NCBI RefSeq assembly: GCF_001194135.2
Contig: NC_068992.1
Span: forward strand, 33,861,459-33,901,425
DNA length: 39,967 nt
Source: Octopus bimaculoides
Lineage: Eukaryota
Direction: 5' to 3'
Part shown: positions 1 to 10,706 of the stretch, piece after piece
Numbering within the stretch: position 1 is the first letter of the stretch
Layout of the letters: every line of letters starts with the position of its first letter
The notes under the pieces: model-generated
The model's database searches: none
What the model was told of the DNA's origin: nothing
The model's input: the letters and a program-made list of their open reading frames with translations, nothing else
Translations under genes and position numbers: made by a program

Positions 1-3
1 TCC

Positions 4-45
4 CATCAGCCAGGAGATAGGCCTCATCAGCCAGGAGATAGGCCT
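4..45. repeat. Exact 21-bp tandem duplication (CATCAGCCAGGAGATAGGCCT x2)
   Basis: Read directly: copies at 4-24 and 25-45. Confidence 0.9.
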
Positions 46-411
46 CTTAATCGTAGATTTTAAATATTTGAGAGACAAAAATGCATAAATCGTAATTTTT
101 AAAAGAGCAATGAAACCTAGGTGAATAGAATATATATAAGTAGCATGAATTTAGAAAGCTTAGAAAATGAATAAGTATGAATTTAAGACAAAAACTGAAT
201 TCAATTGAATTTCATGGAGAGAAACAAGATAAATAATAGAGGGCTGACTAGAGCGCAAAAGGTATGAGATGTTGAGGCCGTAAATAAATAAAAATCTCTA
301 TCTTATCTGCATCTTGGAGACTTCGTCGTAGTATGTCAGCGAAGAAGAGATTGAGATAATTTAGAATGGATTTCTTATATATATATATATGTATGTATGT
401 ATGTGTGTTTG

Positions 412-615
412 TGTGTCTGTGCTTGTCCTTCCAACTTCACTTGTTAACCGATGCTGATGTGTTTATGTCCCTGTAACTTAGCAGTTCGGTAAGAGAGCAA
501 TAGAATAAGTGCTAGGCTTACAAAAAATAAGTCTTGGGTCGATTTGCTCAACTAAAGTGGTGTTCCAGCATGGCTGCAGTCAGTTGGCTGAAACAAATAA
601 AAGAATAAAGGAAAA
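412..615 (+). mobile_element. 3' half of SINE family A
   Basis: Aligns by eye with 10516-10706 (+) and 39054-39260 (-): ...gtgtttatgtccctgtaacttagc...ccagcatggc(t/c)gcagtc...gaaac..aaagaataaa tail; follows a GT-rich microsatellite. Confidence 0.75.
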
Positions 616-625
616 TATATATATA

Positions 626-749
626 NNNNNNNNNNNNNNNNNNNNNNNNNNNNNNNNNNNNNNNNNNNNNNNNNNNNNNNNNNNNNNNNNNNNNNNNNNN
701 NNNNNNNNNNNNNNNNNNNNNNNNNNNNNNNNNNNNNNNNNNNNNNNNN
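626..749. other. Assembly gap (N run); other gaps at 10506-10515, 30283-30382, 32301-32468, 33404-34126
   Basis: N runs, most of them flanked by (AT)n or (GT)n microsatellite. Confidence 0.99.
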
Positions 750-1744
750 TATATAATACGTACATGACATTAATAAGCAATAAAGTAACGTGACATATTG
801 GTATCTGTTGCTCTCTTTCACTTCTGGGACTGTCCTGTTTGGTTTAGCTCTGATATATGTTATGATTTTCAACACTATACATCTTTAAAGGGATTCTCTC
901 CTGAGGAAAAATACAGCTCCCATCATTCAACAACTCATACGTAAATTATGTGATATTGATAATATATATGTATTTATATGTATTTGTGTAAGTGGCATGT
1001 GTTTGTGCCTGTGTCAGTGCTGGATTTTCTAGCAACAAAATTTTTCTCTCACTTGGCACATTCAAAACATATGTTACTGATGTGAAATGTAGGCAGCTAT
1101 AAAAAGAAATGCCTTGATATGAGGTATTCATCCAACCCTTGCGAGCACAGCAATAATGAAGTGAAAGACATAAATGAACAAAGGAAATATAGACATATAT
1201 GTTTATGGGTGTAAATGCATTTTGTCATATATATCTCTGTGTATGCATTTCTATATGTGTATATGTGGATATTTTTAAAAAATCAACAGCTTTCTTCCTT
1301 TCTCTCTGTTTCTTCACTCAATGCATTCATCTATCTAAATATTTTCATCATACTGTCTTTTACTCTTTAAGCATGTTTCTATTTTGTCTTTCTGTTTTGT
1401 CATTGCTCTTTCTTCCTCTCTCGTTCACTTATACTCTCTCTCTCCAACCTCCCTCCCTCTCTCAATATAGTAAAATTGAAGCAAGTGTACATAGAACAAA
1501 GGACACATAATGTTATCAATAACAGTAATTCTGAGACTGCACATATGAATTTGTGCCTAAAAGGTGAATTTGTATTCTTTGATTCCTAACACCCTTCAAG
1601 ATATTTTGTTCATAAAACATAACTGTGGATTATAATAATGGAAAATAAGTAGTTCTTTTTCTCATAGCTACAGCTGAAAATAAAACGCTTGGTTCTAAAC
1701 AGACAAACATGCAAACATATCTACTTACCTAACTGCCAATGTAT

Positions 1745-1950
1745 GTATGTATGCATGTGCATACATATGTATGTACATACATATGTATGTACATACATAT
1801 GTACCTACCTACCTAGCTAGCTACAACCATACATACATACATACAAACATACATACATACATACATACATACATACATACATACATACAAGCATACATAC
1901 AAACATACAAACACACATATTTATGCAACACATATATGTACATATGTATA
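1745..1950. repeat. Compound (ACAT)n/(ATGT)n microsatellite
   Basis: Read directly. Confidence 0.9.
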
Positions 1951-2379
1951 TACATACTCCATGAGACATGATATTCTCACTAATACCATCCGCATCACTA
2001 TATGTAAGAAGGGTTGTCTTGATGGCCACACCAGATATTGTTGTAGTGGTTGTGCTGCAAAAGCAGGGATCAACTGTCCAACATATTATCTCAACAAGAG
2101 TAGAGGAAAGGAGAATTCTATAAAGAATTAATAAAAATAACCTATAGCTATTATATTCAGGCTATATGTATTCATTTGAATCTGTTATCCTAAGTTCACT
2201 GTGTTATGTAACAATAGATCTGCATAAAATGCTTGGGTTCCCCACAAAAGGAAAGAACAAACCAATTCTCATTTTCTAGTTACAGGGAAAATCTGTAAAA
2301 CATTTAAGGGCTTCTTCATTTGAAGTCCTTAGCAGAACACAGGAACACAGTCACATACAAATGCAGCACACACACACTT

Positions 2380-2490
2380 TGTCTCTATCTATCTGTTTCT
2401 CTCTCTCTCTTCTCTCTCCTTTCACTCTCTTCTCTCTCTCTCTCTTCTCTATCCTTTCTCTCTCTCTTTTTCACACACACACACACATAC
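2380..2490. repeat. (CT)n/(CA)n microsatellite
   Basis: Read directly. Confidence 0.9.
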
Positions 2491-3016
2491 CTACATATCT
2501 TGAGTAGGCCATAGGAAAAGAATGAAATCATACTGGGTTGAACTTCATCCTATTTCATGGTGAAGCAATCAAATCACCAAATGATATTTGTTGAACAGAA
2601 AAGAACAGGCAGTTACGAATATTTTTTTTCCCAAAACAATCACGAGTGTAATTTTATTTCCCAATCTATAAATACTACAAACATAATACCATGTGGGCAT
2701 TGTCATAAATCAGGCTTGATCTCAACAATCACTGCTGCTGCTACTATGCAGCCTAACAATCAAGCTGACTGTACTGTGCCTGCACATGTCCATGCTCATT
2801 GCCAACATGCTGTCAGTATTTTTAGCACTAACAGTGATAATAAAAAATGTTCTGCAGGTTGGCAGAGTGAGGAGTATAAACATTTGAAGGATATTCTCAA
2901 TGAAATTTTTCAAAAGGAGATTATTTCCTTTTAAAACTATCCTATGAGAAAAGATAGCATCAAGCTAATGTAAATGAAAAACCAAATGAGCTGATCCAAG
3001 CAGTCTTTAGCGAATT

Positions 3017-3225
3017 CATCATTATGATTATAATGATGATCATTTAATATCTGTCTCCCATACTGGCATGACCTGGATTGCTTGACAGGATCCAAAGAGA
3101 TAAAGAACTGCATCAAACTTCACTGTCTTCTTTGGCAGGGTTTCTACTGATGGATGCCCTTTCTAATGCCAACTACTCTATAGAGTATACTGGGTGTTTT
3201 TTTTTTTATGGTACTGGCACTAGTG
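3017..3225 (-). mobile_element. Decayed RTE-type 3' tail
   Basis: Reverse complement resembles 33200-33362 and 36925-37085 (..agtggttggc.ttaggaagggcatccagctgtagaaa..catgccagcatgg..ttaaatgatgat). Confidence 0.65.
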
Positions 3226-3379
3226 TAGTCACCGAGTAACTTGCAGGACAAATAGAAGATACCCCATCGACTGAGGGGAGTTGTAGTAGAGAGGGGGCTG
3301 GCCTTATGCCAGGTGTAAAAAAGGTCAAAATTTAAAGAGACAAGACTAAATGTCTCACTCATATTATATGTGGCTACTC

Positions 3380-3700
3380 ATATAAGGATGAGTGAGAGAA
3401 CTAGAAAGAAGATAAAGATTGTAGTGACAAGGTATCAGAGCATACTCTTAAGATATATGAAGGTGAGTATGAGAGAGTGCATAAAGAACAGAAAAGATGG
3501 GTAGGTAAGTTCATTAGTGTGTGACAGAGGAGTGACAGGTTGTTAGTGATGGTGATGAGGTGAATGATGAACAAGTGTGGAGGTGTGGTCAATGGAAAAT
3601 ATTAGTAAGCAGAGGAAGGTGAAAGGATTAAGAATGGCTCAGGAAGGAGGAGGTGGCAAGTGGGAGTACTGGAAGTATTGAGAGCAACTGTATAATAAAT
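3380..3700 (-). mobile_element. Possible highly decayed Penelope-like (GIY-YIG region) fragment
   Basis: Purine-rich on +; the minus-strand translation gives only weak Cys-containing echoes of the RT-endonuclease linker (HTCSSFTSS; LFCSLC). Confidence 0.25.
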
Positions 3701-3989
3701 AAATAGATTTATTTGTTCATGATCTGAAAATAAGTAGCTTATGACATTCTCAAAATATTTTAAGGTTATCTCTACAGATTTTCTATGGACATTATAGACA
3801 GCACAGATTTCTCCATAATGTTTCATATCCAAATACATCTAATGTAAACAATGTGATTGAAGATTGATAAATAGGTTATGCATGTATATGCATATTTCAG
3901 GGGTGTTTGCCCCTTCTTAAGTACCACATTCAACCCATTATCATAAAAAAACTCATTACTTAAATAGCTACTAAATATAGCAGTGTATC

Positions 3990-4329
3990 ATTATTGGATA
4001 TATCCATTTTACATATCAAACACATTTCTAACAGCTGGTACATACAGACTAATTACTTGTAGGGATACTGCATTTCTTCATGTGACCATAATACACTACA
4101 AAGTATAATGATTGCATAACGAAATATTGGTGGAATGTTCTTGTCAAGTCTTCAATAAAATACTAGCACAACAGACAAGACATGATGACTTAAGACAGAG
4201 AAAATAAACTATGCACAGAAGATGTGAGCATAATGTTAAAAATTAGTGAAATGAACATCTATGTCAAACTGATAGCAAATCTGTAGGCACTCCATCTGGA
4301 CTATAACTTCAGATTTCTACCAATAATTA
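3990..4329 (+). mobile_element. R4/Dong-like RLE non-LTR retrotransposon C-terminus, left part (interrupted by Chapaev3)
   Basis: Translation TKYWWNVLVKSSIKY*HNRQDMMT*DRENKLCT..NIYVKLIANL*ALHLDYNFRFLPII fits the RLE region (WWN..HNRPD..E..K..Y..PIIIGALG). Confidence 0.75.
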
Positions 4330-6586
4330 CACTGGTCAACAAAATGAAACATTTTTTAATCATCAGAGTTGCTGATTGTCTTTTCTGGGTTAATTTTTTA
4401 TGCTGATTACGAATCCTCTCTCAGGTCACATTTTCATGTTATTGATACCTGCTGTTTTAACTTATAAGATACGTAAAGCATGTCTATATAAAGTATATTG
4501 AATGCAAGATATGATAATTTCATGGCTTTTTATTGTGCAAAATTAAAATTATTGTGTACAAATAAGTTAGAATACATTCAAATGCATAACAACTTAAAAT
4601 CTTTGGGATTTGGACTTTCTATGGTGTTTTGTCTCAGGTTCATCCCTGTATAACATCCAACAGTAGTCAGCTAAGATTCCTGCATTCCCAAATCCTTGAT
4701 ATCATTGTTCCATCGATGCAATATCTTGATGAAAGTGTTCCCCTTGCTCATCATACACTGCTCCAAGGTTCTCTGCAAAAAAGTTCAGATGTGAATCAAG
4801 GAAATGGACTTTTAGTGACATCCAACGGCCCATTGCAACATACGAGTCTAGAAGACATTTCACTCCACTTCTAAACTCTAGAGATCTCTTGTTGCCTAGG
4901 AAATTTTCACAGAACCATTTGAAGGATTCCCAGGCTTTAAGCTCAATCTCATCCAGTGCTGTGAGGAAGTGGTTGTCCTTCAGGAGTTCTTTTATCTGCG
5001 GACCTATGAATACGCCCTTCTTCAGTTTTGCCTCGGTGATTTTTGGAAATTTAGCCTTCACATATTCAAAACCTTTTGAGCTTTTTCTGGAAAGTGCCTT
5101 CACAAATTGTTTCATGAGGTCAAGCTTTATGTGAAGATGGGGAAGAAGAACATTTTCTGGGTTTAAAGGTGGCTTCCTCTGGACACTAGAAACTCTTGGC
5201 TCATATGATTTTTGCAAAGGCCACGCTGATTGCACATAGTGCTTGTTAGTTGCACGACTGTCCCATAGGCATAAAAAGCAACACTATTTCATGAACCCAG
5301 ATTGCATTCCCATCAACATTCCAATCACCTTCAAGTCTCCACGTATTTTCCAGCTATAGTTTGTATACTTTATGGCATTGAGGAGTACTTGCATGTTTTC
5401 ATAACACTCCTTTGTGTGCACTGAATGTCCTATGGGAATGGATGGTTTCTGATTGCTGTTGTGTAGTAGTACTGCCTTGAGGCTTCTCTTAGATGAATCA
5501 ATGAATAAGCACCATTCAGCTGGAACATTCTCTTGGAACAAACAGCGAAATAACTCATCAGTGTTATTACTGAAACAAAGTGGTCCATCAACAGAGAAGC
5601 ATGAAGTCAGATCCCTATTTCTCTTCCTGAAATGAGTAATACAAACATCTTTCTTAAGCAGACACTTTTCTTGTAGGTGAGGTGATAATAGTTCAGCTTT
5701 ATCCTTCGACAATGACATGTCTCTAACTAAATCATTTAACTCTCCTTGACAAAATTTCTGTGGTATGTCTTCATTTTCAGTCATGAAATCTGCATCCACT
5801 TGGGCATCTTCCACAGCAGTATTATTTTCTTCAGGGAATACATCTTCATCAGACATCTGAAGGCCATTTTCTGGTGGTATTGGAATAGGAAGATCATCAT
5901 CGTTGTGTGGTACTGGTCTTCTTGTTGATTCCAAGTTGGGATACACAATCTTATTCTTAGTCTTTACAGTAAACCCACATACATTAACGTTGCAGAAATA
6001 ACAGTCCATGAAATGATCCTTTGGATCTCTCCATATCATAGGTATTGCAAACGTCATTACTCTCTTCCTCATATTTAGCCAATCCCTTAGTCCATTTGAA
6101 CAAGCTGTGCAGATGATGTGTGGGGCCCAACTCTTATCTTGAACCCCGAGAGAGCAGCCAAAGTATAACTGGTAGATCTTCTTGATTTCACTTGTGATGG
6201 CACATTGCTGAGCTTTGGTGGTAAATGAACCACAGACATGACAAAATATATCAGGACTGTTCTTGCAATGCCTTGACATCCTGAGTAGAATTTGATGATG
6301 ATGATGACTTGGCACCTTAAACAGAAAGTAAACTTTATGAAAAGAAAAGATTATGAAAACAGAATTACAAAATGAATACAAGTAGTTATAAAACAGATGT
6401 CAGAATTTGTCTGTATAAGACGTTTACGTGTAGCGATACTGCTGACCGGAGTTATATACCTCTCTTACCTCATCAGAAAAACGGTGCCTAATAGAAGGAA
6501 ACCGATTACATTTTTGAAATCTGCGGACAAAACTACATATAAAACACCATATAATATCCTTGATGAAAATTGGCTGCTGACCAGTG
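4330..6586 (-). mobile_element. Full-length CMC/Chapaev3-type DNA transposon (2257 bp)
   Basis: Ends CACTGGTCAACA (4330) and TGCTGACCAGTG (6586), an 11/12 terminal inverted repeat (TIR); TTA on both sides (4327-4329, 6587-6589); encloses a transposase frame. CAC..GTG ends with a TWA TSD are what I recall for Chapaev3. Confidence 0.88.
4594..6279 (-). pseudogene. Chapaev3-type transposase, 561 codons, two in-frame stops, no frameshift
   Basis: MSRHCKNSPDIFCHVCG..DKSWAPHIICTAC..PMIWRDPKDHFMDCYFC (N-terminal Cys/His domain), FIDSSKRSLKAVLLHN, GDLKV, K*CCFLCLWDSRA (TAG 5284-5286), LHIKL, GVFIGPQI, MSLKVHFLDSHL, DEQGEHFHQD, MEQ*YQG (TGA 4702-4704), ADYCWML..KSKSQRF* (natural stop 4594-4596). ORF-track pieces 5284-6381 and 4702-5235 are in one frame. 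Confidence 0.9.
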
Positions 6587-6589
6587 TTA

Positions 6590-6732
6590 TCGGAGCACTT
6601 GGCTACTGTATCAGTACCACTAATCTGTGATTCACAAAACTAGAAAGAACATATCTGGTCAAAAGATTACAGTTTCAAGGTGTCAGCCGTACAATCAAAA
6701 TATGTAAAGCATTCCTAGAGATCAGCATTTAA
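6590..6732 (+). mobile_element. R4/Dong-like RLE C-terminus, right part
   Basis: Removing the transposon and one TTA rejoins cta cca ata att atc gga gca ctt ggc tac = LPIIIGALGY, continuing ..LVKRLQFQGVSRTIKICKAFLEISI*. Confidence 0.8.
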
Positions 6733-6939
6733 TATGACCTATGTATAAAATGCCAGCCATTCCTGCACTCATATGTGCTTGTGAACAGAAATATGTATAT
6801 GCGTATATGTGAACATGAATATTTGTATACATGCATACATATACACATAAACATTAAAACATACATGCATACAAACAAACATGCATGCATAGAGGCATGC
6901 ACACATAAATGCAGATATATGTACATAAATGCAGATAAA

Positions 6940-7505
6940 TGTCAACATAAAAACCTGGATAACATTACAGATGAGACTGACAAGAAAAGTATTTAATGTC
7001 ATAGACATCAACTGCTCTGCTGACATGAATATCTCTTCAATAATCTAAGAGAAAGAGGGTAACTATAAACAGGTTTGAATCCTCCAGCTTCTATACCTAG
7101 ATTATATATTTACATTTATACCAATAGTATTTGGTGGACTTAGTTTTGTGAGTAAATGCTTCAGTAACAATCTGGAAAAGCTAGGGTTCTCAGAAAGAGA
7201 AAATCAACCTGCCAACATAAATGTTATGAATATGATCTATAAACAGAACAGTAAAAATATGCAAGGTTTGTCTCAAGTTCAAAATGTGAATTTGTTTTTA
7301 TTATCTAATTCCAGCTATGGAACATTGTATCTTTGTTAGAGACCAGCTCCTTCTTATTAGGAAGGCTTCAAATAATTAAAAATAGAACATACACAACAAC
7401 ACCACTGCTTGATGTTGTCTAAATTCCAATGAAAGATTCTTGTTTTTTCAGATAGAAGTTGGCTCTGCCTCCATTAGCGTGAAATTCAAAATGTAAAACC
7501 AATAA
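6940..7505 (+). mobile_element. Second R4/Dong-like 3' end (RLE C-terminus plus 3' UTR)
   Basis: IDINCSADMNISSII*EKEGNYK..FTFIPIVFGGLSFVSKCFSNNLEKLGFSERE..TVKICK; the downstream ttgatgtt..aaattccaatgaa segment resembles 27630-27730. Confidence 0.65.
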
Positions 7506-8169
7506 CTCACATGCACATGCTCATGCATGCAAACAGCGCCCCCTGCCACACACACACACATTTAGTTCAAAATGAAATTTGGCTTCTATGAACATATATT
7601 TAAAAGAAGTAAATCCTACTTCATACATAAAATTTAATACAATGAAAGTAATATTGAGTTTTCAGTTTTGTTTGAGATATTTGTAATGAAATGCAGTAAA
7701 TTTAAGATTGTCTTAGTTTGTTACTTTTGTAGATTATGAAGAAGCTTTAGAACTCTTAATCAAATTCTTTCAAATATATAGAAGAGAGAAATGTGTCCAC
7801 TTAGAATGCCTGGAAGTTTGATTTTTCTTGGAAATCCTGAAAGAAAATCATCTTTTATTTATTTATTTTTTTTGAAGCCTACACCTTCTGGCTACATTAA
7901 TCACAGCTCTAAGTTTAAATCTGAATTTTGTGCTTTTTGTTAGTTGTTATTTAATTCCTTTTCATGATATATTTTGTATTTAAGAACATTATTCAATATA
8001 TAACAATTATTTTGAATACGAGTTTTGCCCAATGTCATTCTGATTTATATCTTTGATATCAAAATATTTTATGCTTCTTCTCTTGATAACACAAATCATT
8101 AGCAAGCATCATCATCACTGATTCTTTCCTAGCTATGAAAACCAACCTTCTTTAATTGCTGTCTCATAT

Positions 8170-8295
8170 GGCTGCATTGTTAAGAAGCATGCTTTTCAAC
8201 CACATTATTCCAAGTTCAACTCTATATCATCATTCCCTGAGGAATTGTCTTCTACAATAACCTTGAGTTAATATTTCTTGAGTTGCTTTCAGTAA
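8170..8295 (+). mobile_element. Decayed tRNA-derived head of SINE family A
   Basis: ggctgcattgttaagaagcatgcttttcaaccac...gtcttctac resembles the heads at 10267 and 39460 (-). Confidence 0.45.
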
Positions 8296-8404
8296 ATGCA
8301 AACTGTGCAAACATGGATATATGTATGGCTAATAACATTTTCTGAAGATTGCCTTTGTGATAACACACTGGAAAGGTTAAACTTAGATATAATAGTTCGG
8401 CGTG

Positions 8405-8645
8405 AGTTCACATTATTCCATAAAGAGCATAGGACCAGTTTCCTGGTTTCTCTGGCATATACATTCCTCCTTGGACGGTACTCCAGTCCATCATAGGATT
8501 AATCATTTTTACCGGCTGAGTGGAGTGGAACACCATGAAATGAAGGGTTTTGCTCAAGAATACAATGCATTACCTCATCCAGAAACTGAATCCATAATCT
8601 TACAATCATGAGTCCAATATTCTAACCACTAAGCTAGGTGCCTCT
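8405..8645 (-). mobile_element. tRNA-derived SINE (family C)
   Basis: Reverse complement starts gaggcacctagcttagtggttagaatattggactcatgattgtaag..ggattcagtt (A/B-box-like tRNA head), then ttcttgagcaaaac..cactcagc. Confidence 0.6.
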
Positions 8646-9960
8646 GAAAGATTTGATTGTGTTATTTACAAACTAAACAATTATTACAAGATTATTGAAA
8701 AGTAACTGATATTTGCAATGCAACAGAGAACTGTTGACATATATGCTAAGTAATGTAAACCAAATTTTACATTTCATTTTAGAAGTAGAAAAATACACTG
8801 AAAATAAAATTTAATTTCTACTGATTGTTATTTTTTCCCTTTTTTTGTACATGTTAAAAGAGATCTGTGGCTTTAATGTTTCCAGCATTTAACATGTGAT
8901 GGGTAATTTTTCTGATTTCAGGTTTTAGATTTTCACTTTTTATTTTTGTTGATAGACATAAAGAAGAAAGAAGAAACTAATAGTGTACTACGTAATTGAC
9001 ACAGTAAAAAAATTCACTTGTCATTTTATCTGTTCAACATTTAAGATGAAAAGAAAATTCCTTTTGAATATTTAAAAGCTGAGAGGCAAGATATTTTGTC
9101 ATAAATATAAGAAAGAACTTGCAATATCATATTTACTTTGATGAGTTTTTTTTATATTTTATTTTATTCATTGTTATATACAAAAGTCTCTTCTGTTCTT
9201 TCCAGTTCACTTTAAGTGAAATGCAGGGAAAACATACAGTAAATCATTTATCTATTTCTTTTATTTTCATTTTGATTCTCTTATCAGTTCAAAGATTGTG
9301 ATTTGTATAGTTTAGAAATTTTATATCTTTCCATGCATAAGTTTTATAGTAAAACAATTTCCTGCTTGGTAAATTACTTCCTATATCTAGAAAATATGGC
9401 CAATAAAAAATCTGTCAGTATTTGAGCAATCTGATTGATATTATTGTGAACCTTTTTATCTTGCTGAAGCACATCCAATGAGATATTTCAATGATTCTTA
9501 TTGCCTGGTAGAGATAATCATATTTAAGATTTGTGCTTGAAGCAAATAGCAAATCTATGAGCTTCCTGAAACAATCAAACACCATGGAAAGAGTCACGAT
9601 TGCTACTTTTGAACATGACCTGAAAGCCAGCTCTGCTTTGATTTGATTTTCTATGTCAGACAGATTAACAAGACCAATAATAATAGTAACAAATATAAAG
9701 AAGAAAAAGATTTTAATCACTTCTTCATTTGTCTTTGGTGTTATGATAAAGTATAATGTTATATCCAAAGTTGGTACGATACATTATTCCTCAAAATAGA
9801 TTTCCTTCCCACCAAAAGTATGATATATACTCCTTTACACAATAACTAAATTAACCAATGCATATTTTCATGCAAGATCTTTCTAAATTGCCACTGCAAA
9901 AACCATCAAATTATTTACCCATTTCTGTGAGTAATTTAGTTCTGAAAATTTCTATTTCAG

Positions 9961-10086
9961 GCTCTTTTCACCAGTTTTAATTGGGTGGTATATAAGAGTG
10001 GACATTAAGGAAGAAAACCTTGTCAAGAAAGCATCCCAGAACTCTATAAATTCTTCTGACCTGCTTAGAAACTGCCACACCCCCAA
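9961..10086 (+). other. Candidate 126-nt symmetric exon of an unknown gene
   Basis: Acceptor tttctatttcag|G, donor CAA|gtatgc, one open frame (LFSPVLIGWYIRVDIKEENLVKKASQNSINSSDLLRNCHTP). No homology recognised. Confidence 0.2.
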
Positions 10087-10266
10087 GTATGCTAATTTAG
10101 TATTATAGTTATTTTTTTTAACTATCAGAATCAAACTTAAGAAGAAAGATACAAAGAAACAAATGTTATTTAAGAAATTTTTTGTCTTATGATATTCTAT
10201 TCTTATTGTTTTATAAATAGCTTTCAAACTGGTATATGAAAACATGAAAAATAGCATTATTTCATG

Positions 10267-10418
10267 AGAAAGTCATGTGGTTAAGAAGTGTGCTTCACAT
10301 TATATGATTATGGGTTTCATTTTACAGCTCTGCAATTTAGTGTCTTCTATTGTAACTTTAACTTAACAATTGCCTTGTATAGGAATTTCCTAAATAGAAA
10401 CTGTGTGAAAGCTTATCC

Positions 10419-10505
<87 letters not shown>

Positions 10506-10706
10506 NNNNNNNNNNCCATCACTTGACAACCGATGCTGGTGTGTTTATGTTCCTGTAACTTAGCGGTTTGGCAAAAAGAGAACGATAGAATAAGTACTAG
10601 GCTTACAAAGAATAAGTCATGGAGTCGATTTTCTCGACTAAAGGCAGTGCTCCAGCATGGCCGCAGTCAAATGACTGAAACGAGTAAAAGAGTAAAGAGT
10701 AAAAGA
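10267..10706 (+). mobile_element. Complete SINE family A copy with internal (AT)n(GT)n microsatellite
   Basis: tRNA-like head (gtcatgtggttaagaagtgtgcttc), microsatellite at about 10419-10505, conserved 3' half, aaagagtaaaagag tail. Confidence 0.75.

Noticed and set aside
1-47. Minus-strand CUGAUGAGGCC as a hammerhead start
   Set aside because: It arises at the junction of the 21-bp duplication; no GAAA partner is visible before the window edge.
1747-2029. ORFs rich in YIHT, VCVC or IYIY, here and at many other positions
   Set aside because: These are translations of (ACAT)n, (GT)n and (AT)n repeats.
1957-2117. Minus-strand exon candidate with AG/GT boundaries
   Set aside because: The open frame is unrecognisable, and another frame (SRQPFLHIVMRMVLVRIS) hints weakly at a decayed LINE; too uncertain to call either way.
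2557-2934. 125-aa ORF as a gene
   Set aside because: No recognisable domain, no supporting neighbouring exons, and a length compatible with chance.
5284-6381. The 365-aa and 177-aa ORFs as two separate host genes, or the upstream ATG at 6381 as the start
   Set aside because: They are one transposase frame split by a premature stop; family-like sequence begins at the Met at 6279.
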